The notes under the pieces: model-generated | Told to the model about the DNA's origin: nothing | The model's input: only the letters and a program-made list of their open reading frames with translations | Database searches by the model: none | Shown here: in pieces, positions 1 to 11,144 of the stretch | Numbering within the stretch: position 1 is the stretch's first letter | How the letters are laid out: each line of letters opens with the position of its first letter | Assembly (NCBI GenBank): GCA_037447605.1 | Contig: CM074818.1 | Span: 1,438,617-1,502,616 of the forward strand | Length of the DNA stretch: 64,000 nt | Direction: 5' to 3' | Source: Zygnema circumcarinatum SAG 698-1b | Lineage: Eukaryota; Plantae; Zygnematophyceae | Position numbers and translations under genes: made by a program

Positions 1-2644
1 GATAAACTGCAAGTCCTGGAGTACAGTCGGAGTGAGATCATGACGTCAGACCACCGTCCGGTGACGGCAGTCATTGCTGCGGAGCTTCACAAGGTGTCCC
101 CCTCTCGCTGGAGAGAGGCGGTGGACCTCGCTCGCAGCCGATTGGACGCGAGGGCGCAGCGGACTCTGCCGCAGTGCCACGTGGAGCCCCAAAGTGTCAA
201 CTTTGGAGATGTGAGAATCATGGGCCCCTTGTTTGACTCCACTTCAGGTTGCTCATCCTCAGTAGACATGAGATGAAAGTCGATAAAACTATTCGGAGGG
301 GCTCTCTATTTCAGCAGCTTGTTTGTTTCGTCGTGAGTATTGGGGCAAACGACGAGCGAAAATGAGAGAATGGTAGAGAGAAGGGAGGAAGGAAGGGAGG
401 GAGGAAGGGAGGGGAGTGGGCCGTCGATGCCAAGGCATTGTAAAGTACACAATTAAGTTCATTTCTTGATGGATAAGTTGTTGTTTATAACCAGCAGTTT
501 TAGGACGTATGAGGATATTGTTGTGTGAGCGGAGTGACTATAACCAGTTATAGCTGTTACTGTGTGTAAAAAATTTGCACCTTCTGATGCGATGGAGAAC
601 CTGTGTCTGTTTTCTCATGCAAGTTAGCCTTTTTGTGGTAAATCAGTTAGCGAACAATCAGTTCAAGGATAAGAATGGAGTGAATCAGTTTTGCACATGC
701 GGGGGTTAAAGTTTTGCTCGACACTTACTCCTACTACTACTACCTTACTATACTTGTACATATAAGCCTTCTGAAGCAAGTTCTTGCCGGATGTGAGTTG
801 CGAGAGTGGAGCTGCCCATAAGGAAACTCTGCGTTGTGTAGTAGGTCCAGGTTTCGTGTTCTAAGCCAAAGTATTGGACAGTAGGTGGTATGAATGAGTC
901 ACCTTGGCTCCCCCGACTCCAACTTTTTCTTGCCGTCCGCCTTTACCGATCTATAGATTATCTCGAATTCCTCATGACTGATATATGCCAACGGACTGCT
1001 TATGTGAGGTTCACAGTGTGCCTATTTGCAGCTGTGGACTGGATCAAGTGTTACATGTGCAGTTAGGCAACCAGTCGTCTTGGGCCTTCATATTCTGCTT
1101 TCCGTGTACATGAATATTGAAGCTAAAGCTGAAGTTTCTTCTGTTTCTACTCATGTGATCTAGTGGTCCCGCACTACGGTTCCTTCTCGTCATATAGAGC
1201 GCTGAAACTGATCTGCCCTTTTGCTACTCTTCATTCACGATTTTCTGCTTCCAGTGTAGCAGCACTGGCTATTATTCATCACAGCTTTTGAAGCCAGGAA
1301 ACGGGAAGAGGAAGGGGGGCATTTGACCAATCTTTGGGAGGCATGGACTTAGAATCCTCGTTATGGGGGCTAAGTTTCAGAGGGTGGGGGGAAGTTCCGG
1401 CTGTGAGGGCATGCAGCAGGTGGAGGGGACTAAATTGTAACCCAGATTTCACGTCAACTCGAAGCGTGTGTATGAAGGCCTGGTTTGAAGAGAAACTTGG
1501 GATGAGACAGTATCTGCAGAATCAGTGAGTGCTGCTGCACTGCTGCCCTTCCGTTCCCTCCCATAGGGAGGACCAGCTCTCCCGCAATGGGAGGGTTAGG
1601 ATTGAAACGTGAGACAGAGGGCGCATTCTGCGGATATTGGAGCCATAGTTAACTTTTAACTGGCTAAGTTATAGTTATCCAGGCTTCAACAACGGTTATT
1701 TGAGGTTGTGCTGCGGACTCCTCTGCTCGCTTGTTCGTTGCTGCGGATTAATTGCTCGCAAATGATGCCAACAATGAGGTTCATACTGTTTAGTACAGTT
1801 GCTTCTTCTTCCACAGATGTTTTCGTGCTTATGAAGGACACGGAAACAAGGAGAAAGCTTGAAGCTTTCTGCAGGAGCGTCCACATTTGCACCATGAAGT
1901 GCTGTAGTGTTAGCCATGGAGAATTACTCCGCTCCGCTGTGGTCTGATTATGCTTGTCAGCTTCCTGACGTTTTCCTTTATACCCATTTTCCATTTGCAT
2001 TGTCCTGTGTCCGTCCAACATGTATGGTAATTAAACTTAGGAGCTACTTCTGTACTTTTACGTAGTCGTCTAGGCTCTTCTGTAAGCTCGAAGTTGGCAC
2101 TAACAGCGTTTTTGCATGTAGAGTTTGAAATGGCCTTCCAATGTTGTACAGTCTTAATTGATGGGAATGTCACCTAACCCTTAGACCAATTCGAGCTGAG
2201 CTACGCCTTGTGCAGGTGAGGTATGCGCGAGAGGTTGGTCGATCCTTCGAATTACAAAACACAGGGGAGGTGACTGCTCATTTCAGTATTGAAGCTGCAC
2301 CAGATGTCAATGACGAAGTCCCCAAGTGGGTATCTGTCCTTATCACAAAAGGAACACTCGAGCCTGGCGAAGTTTTAACACTCCATCTCAAGGCATGCGT
2401 CCTGTCACCAGACACAGCGGTAGAGAGTGTGGTGGAAAAGGGAGGCGAGCTCAGTGCTGTACTCGTTGTGAAAGTGGAGGGAGGCGGGGACCGCTTTTTG
2501 CTGTGCTCGGCAAACTATCTCCCTTCCTGTTGGGGTCTCAGGTTAATTCTACCTCACCATCCTACATCACATTGATATACTCTTGTCAGGAAACCCATGC
2601 AACCCAGCTTGTTCATAAACCATCCCTCCCTCTCATCTATATCA

Positions 2645-2704
<60 letters not shown>

Positions 2705-2716
2705 CTCCCTCTCTCA

Positions 2717-2752
<36 letters not shown>

Positions 2753-3957
2753 GGTGAAGCTTGCTTACTTGAAAGCTCTAAACTCTCATAACACAAACCC
2801 TTCATTCAACCCACTCCTTCGTTGATGCCTTGGCTGCTGTTGTGCAGTCTCCAAAGCCTTGCAAGCATGGCGGGCCCTGTTCGAGAAGCTGCGGGTGCTC
2901 CGAGACAAGCACAGGATGCTGGTGGGGTTGGAACCACGAGTGCCATTCCAAAAGAGGTGCAGCGCATGCTCACTTACTTGCTTGATGCCGGATCGGACGG
3001 CTCCAACGCCTTCGATGCGGCGGCGATGGGCATAGATCCGAGTGACTGGGACGGCCCACTTTCTCAACTCCAAATTGAGAGCCCAAAAGGGGGGTCCTCT
3101 CCTCACGTCACAGAATGGCAAGGGAACAGGGTTCAGCTGGAAAGAAGAGTGGGGCTACTAAGGGAAGCTTTAGATACAGGGGAGCCGTTCCCTTCCTGTA
3201 CCACTCCTCAGCTTGTGGGGATGGCTTTGGTTCTATTCTTGCAGGCGCTGCCTCAGCCTCTTATATCACGCGAGGTGACTGAAATCATTGACAGTAGTGA
3301 GGGGCTGATGGCGAAGCAGTCGCTTATGGCTGTCTTGGAGAAAATAGATGGGATGCGTCTCCTTATGTTGGATGCATTGCTTGTACTCCTTCACGCCCTC
3401 TTGAGGAGTCGCATCGCCAACCACTTTGCTATCAAGGAAGTCGGTACGTGAGCGAGTAATGGAGACTTTTTCAACCTGACAGTCGCCATGCTTTGACTGC
3501 AAGTGGTGTATTTATGCAGGACGGGATTTTGGTTGAGAGAGGGATTCGTGTGTCTGCTGTTTCGGGCATTGGCTGCTATGTGTAAACCTGTATCATGGAA
3601 CCACTTCCGAAAACAGCTTAACTTTTTTCTAAGGACAACAGAAAGCGAGGTCGCTGCTTAATGTGGAGCACTGAAAGGGGGGTCAGTGTTGGTGTCGGTG
3701 CTGCTGCTCATATACCCATTTCTATGGAGGTTTGACCTTCTCACATGCATCACATGAAGTCCACATATGTGATGTTGGCACTGAACCCGGAACCCTGCCC
3801 GCCTATCCCCCCTCCCCCCCCACCTCCATCTGCAGCTGCAGTATTTGCGAGCGCAATATTCCCGGAGGCAGGAGGAGCGGTGGAGAGGAAGAGGGTGTTC
3901 CGGCGGAGGAGCAAGTTCGTGCAGCAGCTCATTGACGACCGCCTCTCCTCGGGGTGA
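1..3957 (+). CDS. OCRL/INPP5B-type inositol polyphosphate 5-phosphatase, 3' part (end of catalytic domain, ASH domain, RhoGAP-like domain); 5' end outside window
   Basis: Phase-consistent exons <1-210, 2216-2541, 2848-3443, 3836-3957. The 5-phosphatase motif SDHRPV is followed by an ASH-like segment (VNFGDVRY...FELQNTGEVTAHF...GTLEPGE...LVVKVEGGGDRFL) and an OCRL-like RhoGAP segment (IPKEVQRMLTYL...ALVLFLQALPQPLI). Confidence 0.85.
2645..2752. repeat. Compound (CT)n-(CA)n-(CT)n microsatellite in intron
   Basis: Directly visible. Confidence 0.95.
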
Positions 3958-4574
3958 CTCCGCCGCTGCTGCCTGCGACTCTGCCAGAGGAAAGACTGCC
4001 GGATGTGTGCGACTTCTCCGTCTCCCTCTCCCTCTCCCTCTCTCTTTCTCCCTCGCCTCCCTCGCTGCCTCTTTCCTTCCCTCTCTCCCCCACTTCCACT
4101 ACGTGTCTGTCGAAGCTACAGAGCTGTATAATACATGTATTCTGAAGGTTCTTATTTTTCAACGATTTTTTTGTTGCATTGACTTTAAAAAAACAGATTC
4201 CTTTTTTCAGTACAGAATAGGATGTGGCTGCATAGAACAGTTGGACTGAGCAGAGGATTCATTTTTGTTCATAGAGATAGGGGTGAGGCCGGCTGCCTTG
4301 TGGCCTACGGGCGCCATTAGTTTTCAAGGACAGCAAGGGCACGCGGAGTATTTGAACATATGAATACTGAAAATTTCACGAAAGGAGCCCTCCTGCACTT
4401 TCAATCAGGTTGGAAACATTCTATCCACGAGCCCCCGCTGCTAACCACCGGCATATATGCTCTAAGTGGACTTGACTTGACTTCGCCTCGCGTGCCCTCA
4501 GGAACAAGTGTGTAATAACCCTGCTCGTGAGCAGAACCATCGTCATCTTCATCTTCATCCTCATTCATCTCCTT

Positions 4575-4640
4575 CCTGTTGATTTTGTCCACGTACATTT
4601 GATGGCGTCCATCGCCATCGTGAGATCAATGCCCTTCCTC
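4575..4640 (+). repeat. Dispersed repeat family, partial copy A
   Basis: ttttgtccacgtacatttgatggcgtccatcgccatcgtgagatcaatgcc aligns with 35675-35722. Confidence 0.75.
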
Positions 4641-5685
4641 TCTCTCTCTCTATCTCTCTCTCTCTCAACAGGTCATCATGCCCTTCCGCATAGTTAGGTC
4701 CCCGCGTATCGGTCGGTCCATTTGAAGATGGCGAAGAGCGGGGCAAGCAGGGTTGCGTCTCTCTCTGCCCAATCCATGCGCTCTAAGCCCCGCCCAGTTC
4801 CGTCAATCGGCTGTCGTGAAACTGAGGCGCAGCATAGAACCCGGAGATACCTCGGATGAGGACCACCTGTCGTACGGACAATAGTTTGTCGTTTGTTCCG
4901 CCTGCGAACGAACTACCGCACCGACCATCGGCCGCGACGACCCCCTCTTGCCACGTGTCAGGTTCTCCACCTTTTACGGCAGAATCCGACATATAGTATG
5001 AGTGTACGGTCTTTCCAGACAAAATACGCTTCCGGACAAACCGTGGTCCGCGGAACGATCACAAAGGGAACTAAACGACAAACACCCCTGCGGTGCAGAA
5101 ACGACAAAACTTATGACGACGGGCGAAGGCGGCAGCGCCGACATTCGACAGGCCGTACGAATGTTTTGTCGTTTAGAGCGTGAACGGTGCGGTCCTCCTA
5201 GGTTGGCCATTGGCTCGGACGCCGGAATCTGGGGCTGCGCTAGTCGCCAGGCGACACGTGGTGGCGATCGGGCGGAGGGAGCAAGACCGTGTAGTCGACG
5301 ATCCGAATACCGTACCGCGGAAAATCTCTGCAGAGTGATATTGCCGTTTGGGCGTGAATCTTGCAGAGTACGGATATCGGGTTTGGACCCACGTGGTTTG
5401 GTACGAGCGTTCCCGGGCAGAACAGATGTTTTATTTCATCTGCCAGTCTGACCGTTGACTGTTGAACGCTTTTTCCTCCGTGTGGAGTGGTCGGGCCAAA
5501 GTGTATTGGCTATTTCGGGCCAAAAAACATTTCACCCTGACGTCACGGGCAGACGCCGAAAGTGTCCGGGCCTGCCCGTTGAACCAGCACCGCCTCGATC
5601 GGCGCCCTGCGCCGCGGCGGGACCGTACGGCGCCACGTGGGGCCGCCCAGGAGGGGCCGCAAAGCCCGCAGCCGAAGCCGCCTGG

Positions 5686-6020
5686 GAGGGGGAGGGGGAG
5701 GGACAGAGGGAGAGGGAGAGGGGTAGGAAAAAAACAGAGGGGGAGGCGGAGGGAGAGAGGGAGAGGAGGGGAGGGGGAGGGGGAGGGAGAGGGAGAGGGA
5801 GAGGGAGAGGGAGAGGGAGAGGGGTAGGGAGAGAGGGGGAGGCGGAGGGAGAGGGGGAGAGTGGGGGTGGTACAGAAGGGGTTAGGGCGAGGGAGAAGAA
5901 GACGACAAGGAGGAAACGACGGAGAGGGGAGGTGAGAGGAGGGAGGGAGAGAAGGAGAGGAGAGGACTAGGAGAGGAGGACGAGGAGCGAGGAAGGAGAG
6001 GAGGAGGAGGAAGGGGGAAG
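5686..6020 (+). repeat. Polypurine (GA-rich) low-complexity tract upstream of the sensor gene
   Basis: Almost pure G/A with GAGAGG units. Confidence 0.9.
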
Positions 6021-6216
6021 AAAACGGTCGTACAATTCTCAGCTGAATTCCGTCGTTGAGCTGATTTAGGGTTTTGTGACAAAGCCTTCCAAGAGCCTGT
6101 TTGAAGCAGGGGGGAAGGTGGGGGGGAAGGGAAGAGAAAGGTCTAAAATTTAGGGCTTAGGGTTTGTCTCGGCGATTTCCCGCGCTTGTGCTCCCTCCCT
6201 CCCTCCCTCTCCCGCC

Positions 6217-9200
6217 ATGGCTAGCTTTTTCGGATCAGGCGTTAGCGGCCGGTTCGGCGAAATCTGGAGCAACCGCTTCACCAGCTTCCGCGCGGGCGCA
6301 GAGAGGGAGAGGGGGAGGGAGAGGGAGGGAGAGAGAGAGGGAGACATCCCGCACGGCGGGGCGGAGCCGGGCCTCCTCGAAGACCTCAAGTTCGGTGGCC
6401 CCGCCCTCCGCCTCTCCGCGCCATGGGAAGGCCCCGCCGCCGCCTCCAGCCGGGCCTACCCCTACACCTTCGAACCCCCCTCCGGCCACACAGCCAATGG
6501 CAGGCCGCCATCTGGCGAGCTGATGGAGAAGTACGGCCCCTCTGACGCAAGCGCCCGAGGCGCGCAGGAGTTCGCCCGGAAGACCAAGACGGGGGCGGAG
6601 GTTCGATCCCAGGTTCAGGCAGTAATAGAGGGTACGGCGGGCCTGCAGAGGCCGAGAGTTGTATGGAAGTTGGGGATTGCATATGCAGTGTCGGTGCTCA
6701 TAGTGATTCTGCTCTCCTTGGCGGGGCAGATAGTGGTGCAGTATGCAGTGACGAGGTCGTATAGGGACTCAGAGCTTGTGAATGTGGCGGGGAGGCAGAG
6801 GATGTTGAGTCAGATGATAAGTAAGGACTCGCTGGCCATTCAGCTGCACCTGCTGACGGGGCAGGATGCGAGCTACTATTGGGGGGAGCTGAGGAGCAAG
6901 TTGCCGATTTGGAGGCAGTCGCAGAGCGACATACGGTACGGGAACAAGACGTTGGGGCTGTCGAGGGCCTCCAAGGGGAGCATTGTGAAGGCCTTCGAGG
7001 TGCAGGAGCCTTACTTTTTCGCTATGCGTGGGGCGGCGGAGAGGATATTGGAACTGAATGAGCAGACGATCACCAACACGTCGGAGGAGTACAGGTGAGC
7101 GTTGACTTCCTTCTCGTCGTCGTCGTCTCTCTCTCTCTCTCTCGCTCTCTCTCTGACACTGTCTCTGTCTCTCTCTGGCGATGTATCTTTTGCTTTGGTT
7201 GTAGCATTAGCGGCGGAAGCATTGTAGCATTAGCATTACATACTACGGAAGTATGTAATGTAGGAACAGGTGAGTGAATGAACAAATGTGGAACTGTCTT
7301 TTGGAGGTTGTAGGGTTTAGGGTTTTTAGGTATGCAGCAACACAGCCCTTTGATGTTTCGTGTGAGCGCATTGTCGAGGGTTTATTTTGATGAGCCAATG
7401 TAGAACACATTCCAACAGTTTGTCATTTTAAGGAAACCCCGGACTCGTTCTGAAGAATTTGGGCAATGCAGCTCGTATGAAGAGCAGATGCATCCTCCAA
7501 GATGTACAGAAGGGCTGCCTGTTTGGACTTTGGCTAGGAAATCAAGATGAAGAAAGATTTAAAGAGAGGTCAAGGGAAAGAGCGGGGGGGACAGAAATGG
7601 GGGAGGATGCGCAGAGTAAGAAGGAGAGGCTGGGGGAGGGGGGAGGAGGGAGGTGGAGGGGGACAAGTCGGGGATACTGAAAGGGGGGATGGCTAGAGGA
7701 AAAGTGGTGGGTGGGGGAGGAAGGGGGGGGGGGGAAGAGAGGCCGGAGAGGAAAGGAAGGCGAAGGGGAGAGTGGGGGAGGGGGTAGATTGTGGGAGGGG
7801 AAGAGGAAGAGAAGGAGTGGAGAGGAAGGGGAGACGAGGAGAGTATGAGAGGGGGGAGAATGTGGGAAGGGTTGAGGGGGAGTGTGGGAGAGTGGAGAGG
7901 GGGAGGGAGAGAGAGAGGGAGAGAGAGAGGAAGGGAGAGGGGGAGGGCGAATGCTGGGATGGGGGAGGCGAATGGGGAGAATGGGGGAGCGGGAGAGTGA
8001 AGGGAAGGGAGAAGGGAGATGAAGGGAAGGGTGATTGAGATATAGAGGGAGGAGTGGAGAGCGAGAGAGAGAGAGATTCGAGATGGTTGCCGATGAGGAG
8101 TCTCCGCGGGGTCATCGTTGCGAGTCTCATTTAGGATCATGACGTATGTTTCAACGCATTTAAAAGTAGGTGTGGTAAATGAGGGTGAAGATATGTTTGC
8201 ATTGTAGAAAACCTAACTTGGAAAACCAAAAGCTTCATTCACTTTTCTGAAATTTGCTGGTTAGCTGAGGGGGTGTAAGTCCACTTTATTCCACGCCCTA
8301 TGACCCGTGCCTACTCTATGACCTAGGGTTTTGTACTTGCATGCAATGACAGGAAGGGCAGTGGGAACATTACAATGTTTTTTTGCATGTTCGTTGAGGG
8401 CAATAATGCAGCGGAACAATTTAGGGTTCCGAAGTGAGCAAGAATTACGTTTCATGTGTGTGATCCGTTTTAAGGAGCCGTCCTCCCTCGTCTTTTCGTT
8501 TTAAGTTTTGGAAGAAGAAGGGGCAGAGTTAAGTTGTTCAGTCTTACTACTGCGATTGTAGAAAAGCACCAAACGGCCAAATCCTTATGGTAATGTGACA
8601 AGGGCTACGATTCCCTTTTGAATGGTACAGTCGACCCAAATCAATCAAAGTCAATTTAAGTCAAGTCAAGGCATTCTCCCTCCAAACCTGAGAGCTCTTT
8701 ACCTGCTCATTCTCTCTCCTTCTCGCCTTATGCTTATCCTGAGCGAATTTTTGGGATGGCGGAGGAGCTTGCAGTGTCCTGAAATCGCAGGTGGAGGTGA
8801 TTCTGGCCAATGAGAAATTTTTCTGGACCATGCAAGATGGCATAACGAAGCAGTTTGAGAAGCTCTCCCGCAGCCATCTCGAGTTTGTGCTGATCGTTTC
8901 ATGGGTCCTCCACGCACTGGTCATTGTCGCGCTGCTGCTGGAGGGAGCCTTCCTCTTCCTTCCCGCACTGCGGAAAATTCAAGTTCTTATTGACGAGCGG
9001 TTCAGACTCATTCGTCGCGCACTCGAGTGAGTCACAAAGAAACATTGAACACGTGTGTGGTTTCTCTTGCCGCTTTCGCTTGTCGACCCTCTTCGTCCCT
9101 TCCTGCTGCGAATCGCAAGCTAGTCCCCAAACTTGCTCTGATGCTCGTTCCCTCCCTCCCTCCCCTCCCTCCCCTCCCCCTCCTCCNNNNNNNNNNGGAG

Positions 9201-11144
9201 AAGGTTGAGAAGGGGGGGGGAAGAAGGAAGTGAGGGAGAAGGAAGAGAAGCCGGGGGGGGGAAAGGGGGGGCCGGTGGGTGGAGAAGGTTGAGAAAAGGG
9301 GGGTGGGGGGGTGAGAGGCGGGGGGGAGAGGAAGGCGAGAAGAGGTTGGGGGGAAATTGGGGAAGGGAGGGGGAGGCCGAGAAATAGAGGGGGGGGAGGG
9401 AGGGGGTGAGAGGGGGAGGGAGAGGGAAGCGGGAAGTAGAAGGTGTGGGATGATGGATGCAGAGGCAAAACTGAGGAGTTTCCTAAAGTGATTTGCTTTG
9501 TTCGGTTCTTGAACTAAAGCAGTAGAAAGGGTCGAATCCATCTCTCCTGTGTGTGGAACTGCCTTTGATAGCAGCAGCTAGTTGAACTGCAAGATGAACT
9601 GCAGCAAGTTCAACAATTGTCGCAGGCCGAGTAAACCTTCAATCACAAAAGGTGGCGAATACAGACGGATCTGTCTTCATTGTGGAAGGGAGGGAGTTGA
9701 GAGGACGCAAGATTTTAAATCTTTATTACTGAAATTTGTCCTCTCTCTTGCTTTTCTGCAGGTGGTCCGACTTTCCAAGAGGAAGGCCTATCCAGGAGTA
9801 TCAGTGGATGTTGATATTGACAATACCATCATGGAGGATCCTGTCTATCAGGTGGATAAGCATCGCCTTCAGCAGGTGTGAAATTCTGAACCCTGAAACT
9901 GCTCAGAGTTTGAGAATCTGAGAGTGGCTAAATCTTTGCATGTGCAAGAGGGTTTGCAAGGGAACGCTGTTGTAATGTTGTCAGTTTCAGTTACGTTGCA
10001 GTTTCACAAAGAGACGTAGTCAGCCACTGTAGGGGCCACTGAGAAACTCGACTTTAAGCCGCTTGGAGGGAATTCCTGTTGTGTGCCGTTCACGAAATGG
10101 TTTTACAGTGTGCTAAACAGCATTGCGCTGAAGATTCTGTGGAGATATTTTGTGGAGAATGTTGAATGTAAGGAGTTGAACTTCATGTAATTGTGCGTTA
10201 GTACGTTGGAGCGGAAGTTATGCTTTTCAAACAGTTTCAGCAGTGCTGATCCCCTCCTTTTTTTGTTTTGTTTCATGTTTGTTTGTCTCTCTGCAGGTTC
10301 TGATCAACCTCCTCAACGACGCATTCCAGGTCACTCTCACGGGTAATGTCAAAATGCGTGTACTCGCTGTGGAGGGGAGGGATCTGCTTCACTTCGAGGT
10401 AGAAGATGGAGGGGGGGGTTTGAGTCTGGAGGAGCAAGCAACAATTTTCCAGCCTCTGCTTGTGGGCGAAAGCCGCGCAGAGGGCAAAGGAAAAGACGTG
10501 CAACAAAGCCTCAATCGCTACTTTGTCAAAATGCTCGTGGAGCTGCAGGTATCATCTATCTTCTGAATGCCAAAAGTCCCAATAGTCCGAACGACTTTGA
10601 CACAGAAGAAGGATTTACTTACTTACAATGGAGAATTTTTAGTTATTCTCGTCTATTAGCAGCATCGATATTCCTGCTCCAACCCCTCCCAAAGACCAAC
10701 TGCCTCGCTCTCTCTCTCTCTCGTGCTCTCTCTCTATCTCTCTCTCTCTCTTTCCCTCTCTCTCTCTCTCGATATCTCTTCCACCCTCCTTTCCCCTCCC
10801 TCCTAATCTTTTCGTGAATGTCGGGGTGTGGCTGACAGGGAGGAGTCGTCAACTATGAAATCAAGGAGGGGGAGGGTACATGTTTCTGGTTCGAAATTCC
10901 GTGCCACAGAGGAGGCCCCCTCGGCCTGCAAGTGGTGGAAGATGACCAGACTCCGGAGGATGGGAGGATGTCTGCTCTCGCTGTGAAGGATTCGAGCATG
11001 TCCTCTATCTATGCGAGGGAGTATGTGGGGGGACTCTCCAGCCATCATCATCATCTCTACGGCTCGCCCAGTCAGGATCAAGATCAGGAGGAGGACTGGG
11101 CGAGGAAACCATCAGAGGTCAATGGAGGGGACCACGCCGTATGA
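6217..11144 (+). CDS. Two-TM sensor protein: PilJ/NarX-like extracytoplasmic domain plus degenerate histidine-kinase ATPase (HATPase_c) domain
   Basis: Exons 6217-7094, 8775-9026, 9463-9487 (tentative), 9572-~9607 (tentative), 9762-9875, 10297-10548, 10839-11144. TM1 LGIAYAVSVLIVILLSLAG; P-box DSELVNVAGRQRMLSQMI; TM2 ...VALLLEGAFLFLP; HATPase motifs DKHRLQQVLINLLNDA, EVEDGGGGL, IFQP, LVELQGG, GEGTCFWFEIP. Confidence 0.85.
7620..8075 (+). repeat. Intronic polypurine tract
   Basis: G/A-dominated low complexity in intron 1 of the sensor gene. Confidence 0.9.
9187..9196. other. Assembly gap (10 N) between a CT tract and a GA tract in intron 2 of the sensor gene
   Basis: Run of n; the true length is unknown. 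Confidence 0.99.

Noticed and set aside
4401-5451. Short ORFs on both strands as a possible gene or transposase
   Set aside because: No recognisable motifs or coherent exon chain; the region looks like repeat or regulatory DNA.
5455-5970. Long Gly/Glu/Arg or Pro/Ser/Leu ORFs here and at 7559-8140, 8899-9541, 27735-28514 and 43207-43925
   Set aside because: These are artefacts of stop-free GA/CT low-complexity tracts in introns or intergenic DNA, with no domain motifs.
6217-11144. Bacterial contamination as the source of the sensor gene
   Set aside because: It has GT-AG introns with the same microsatellite style as its neighbours, and contiguous eukaryotic genes lie on both sides.
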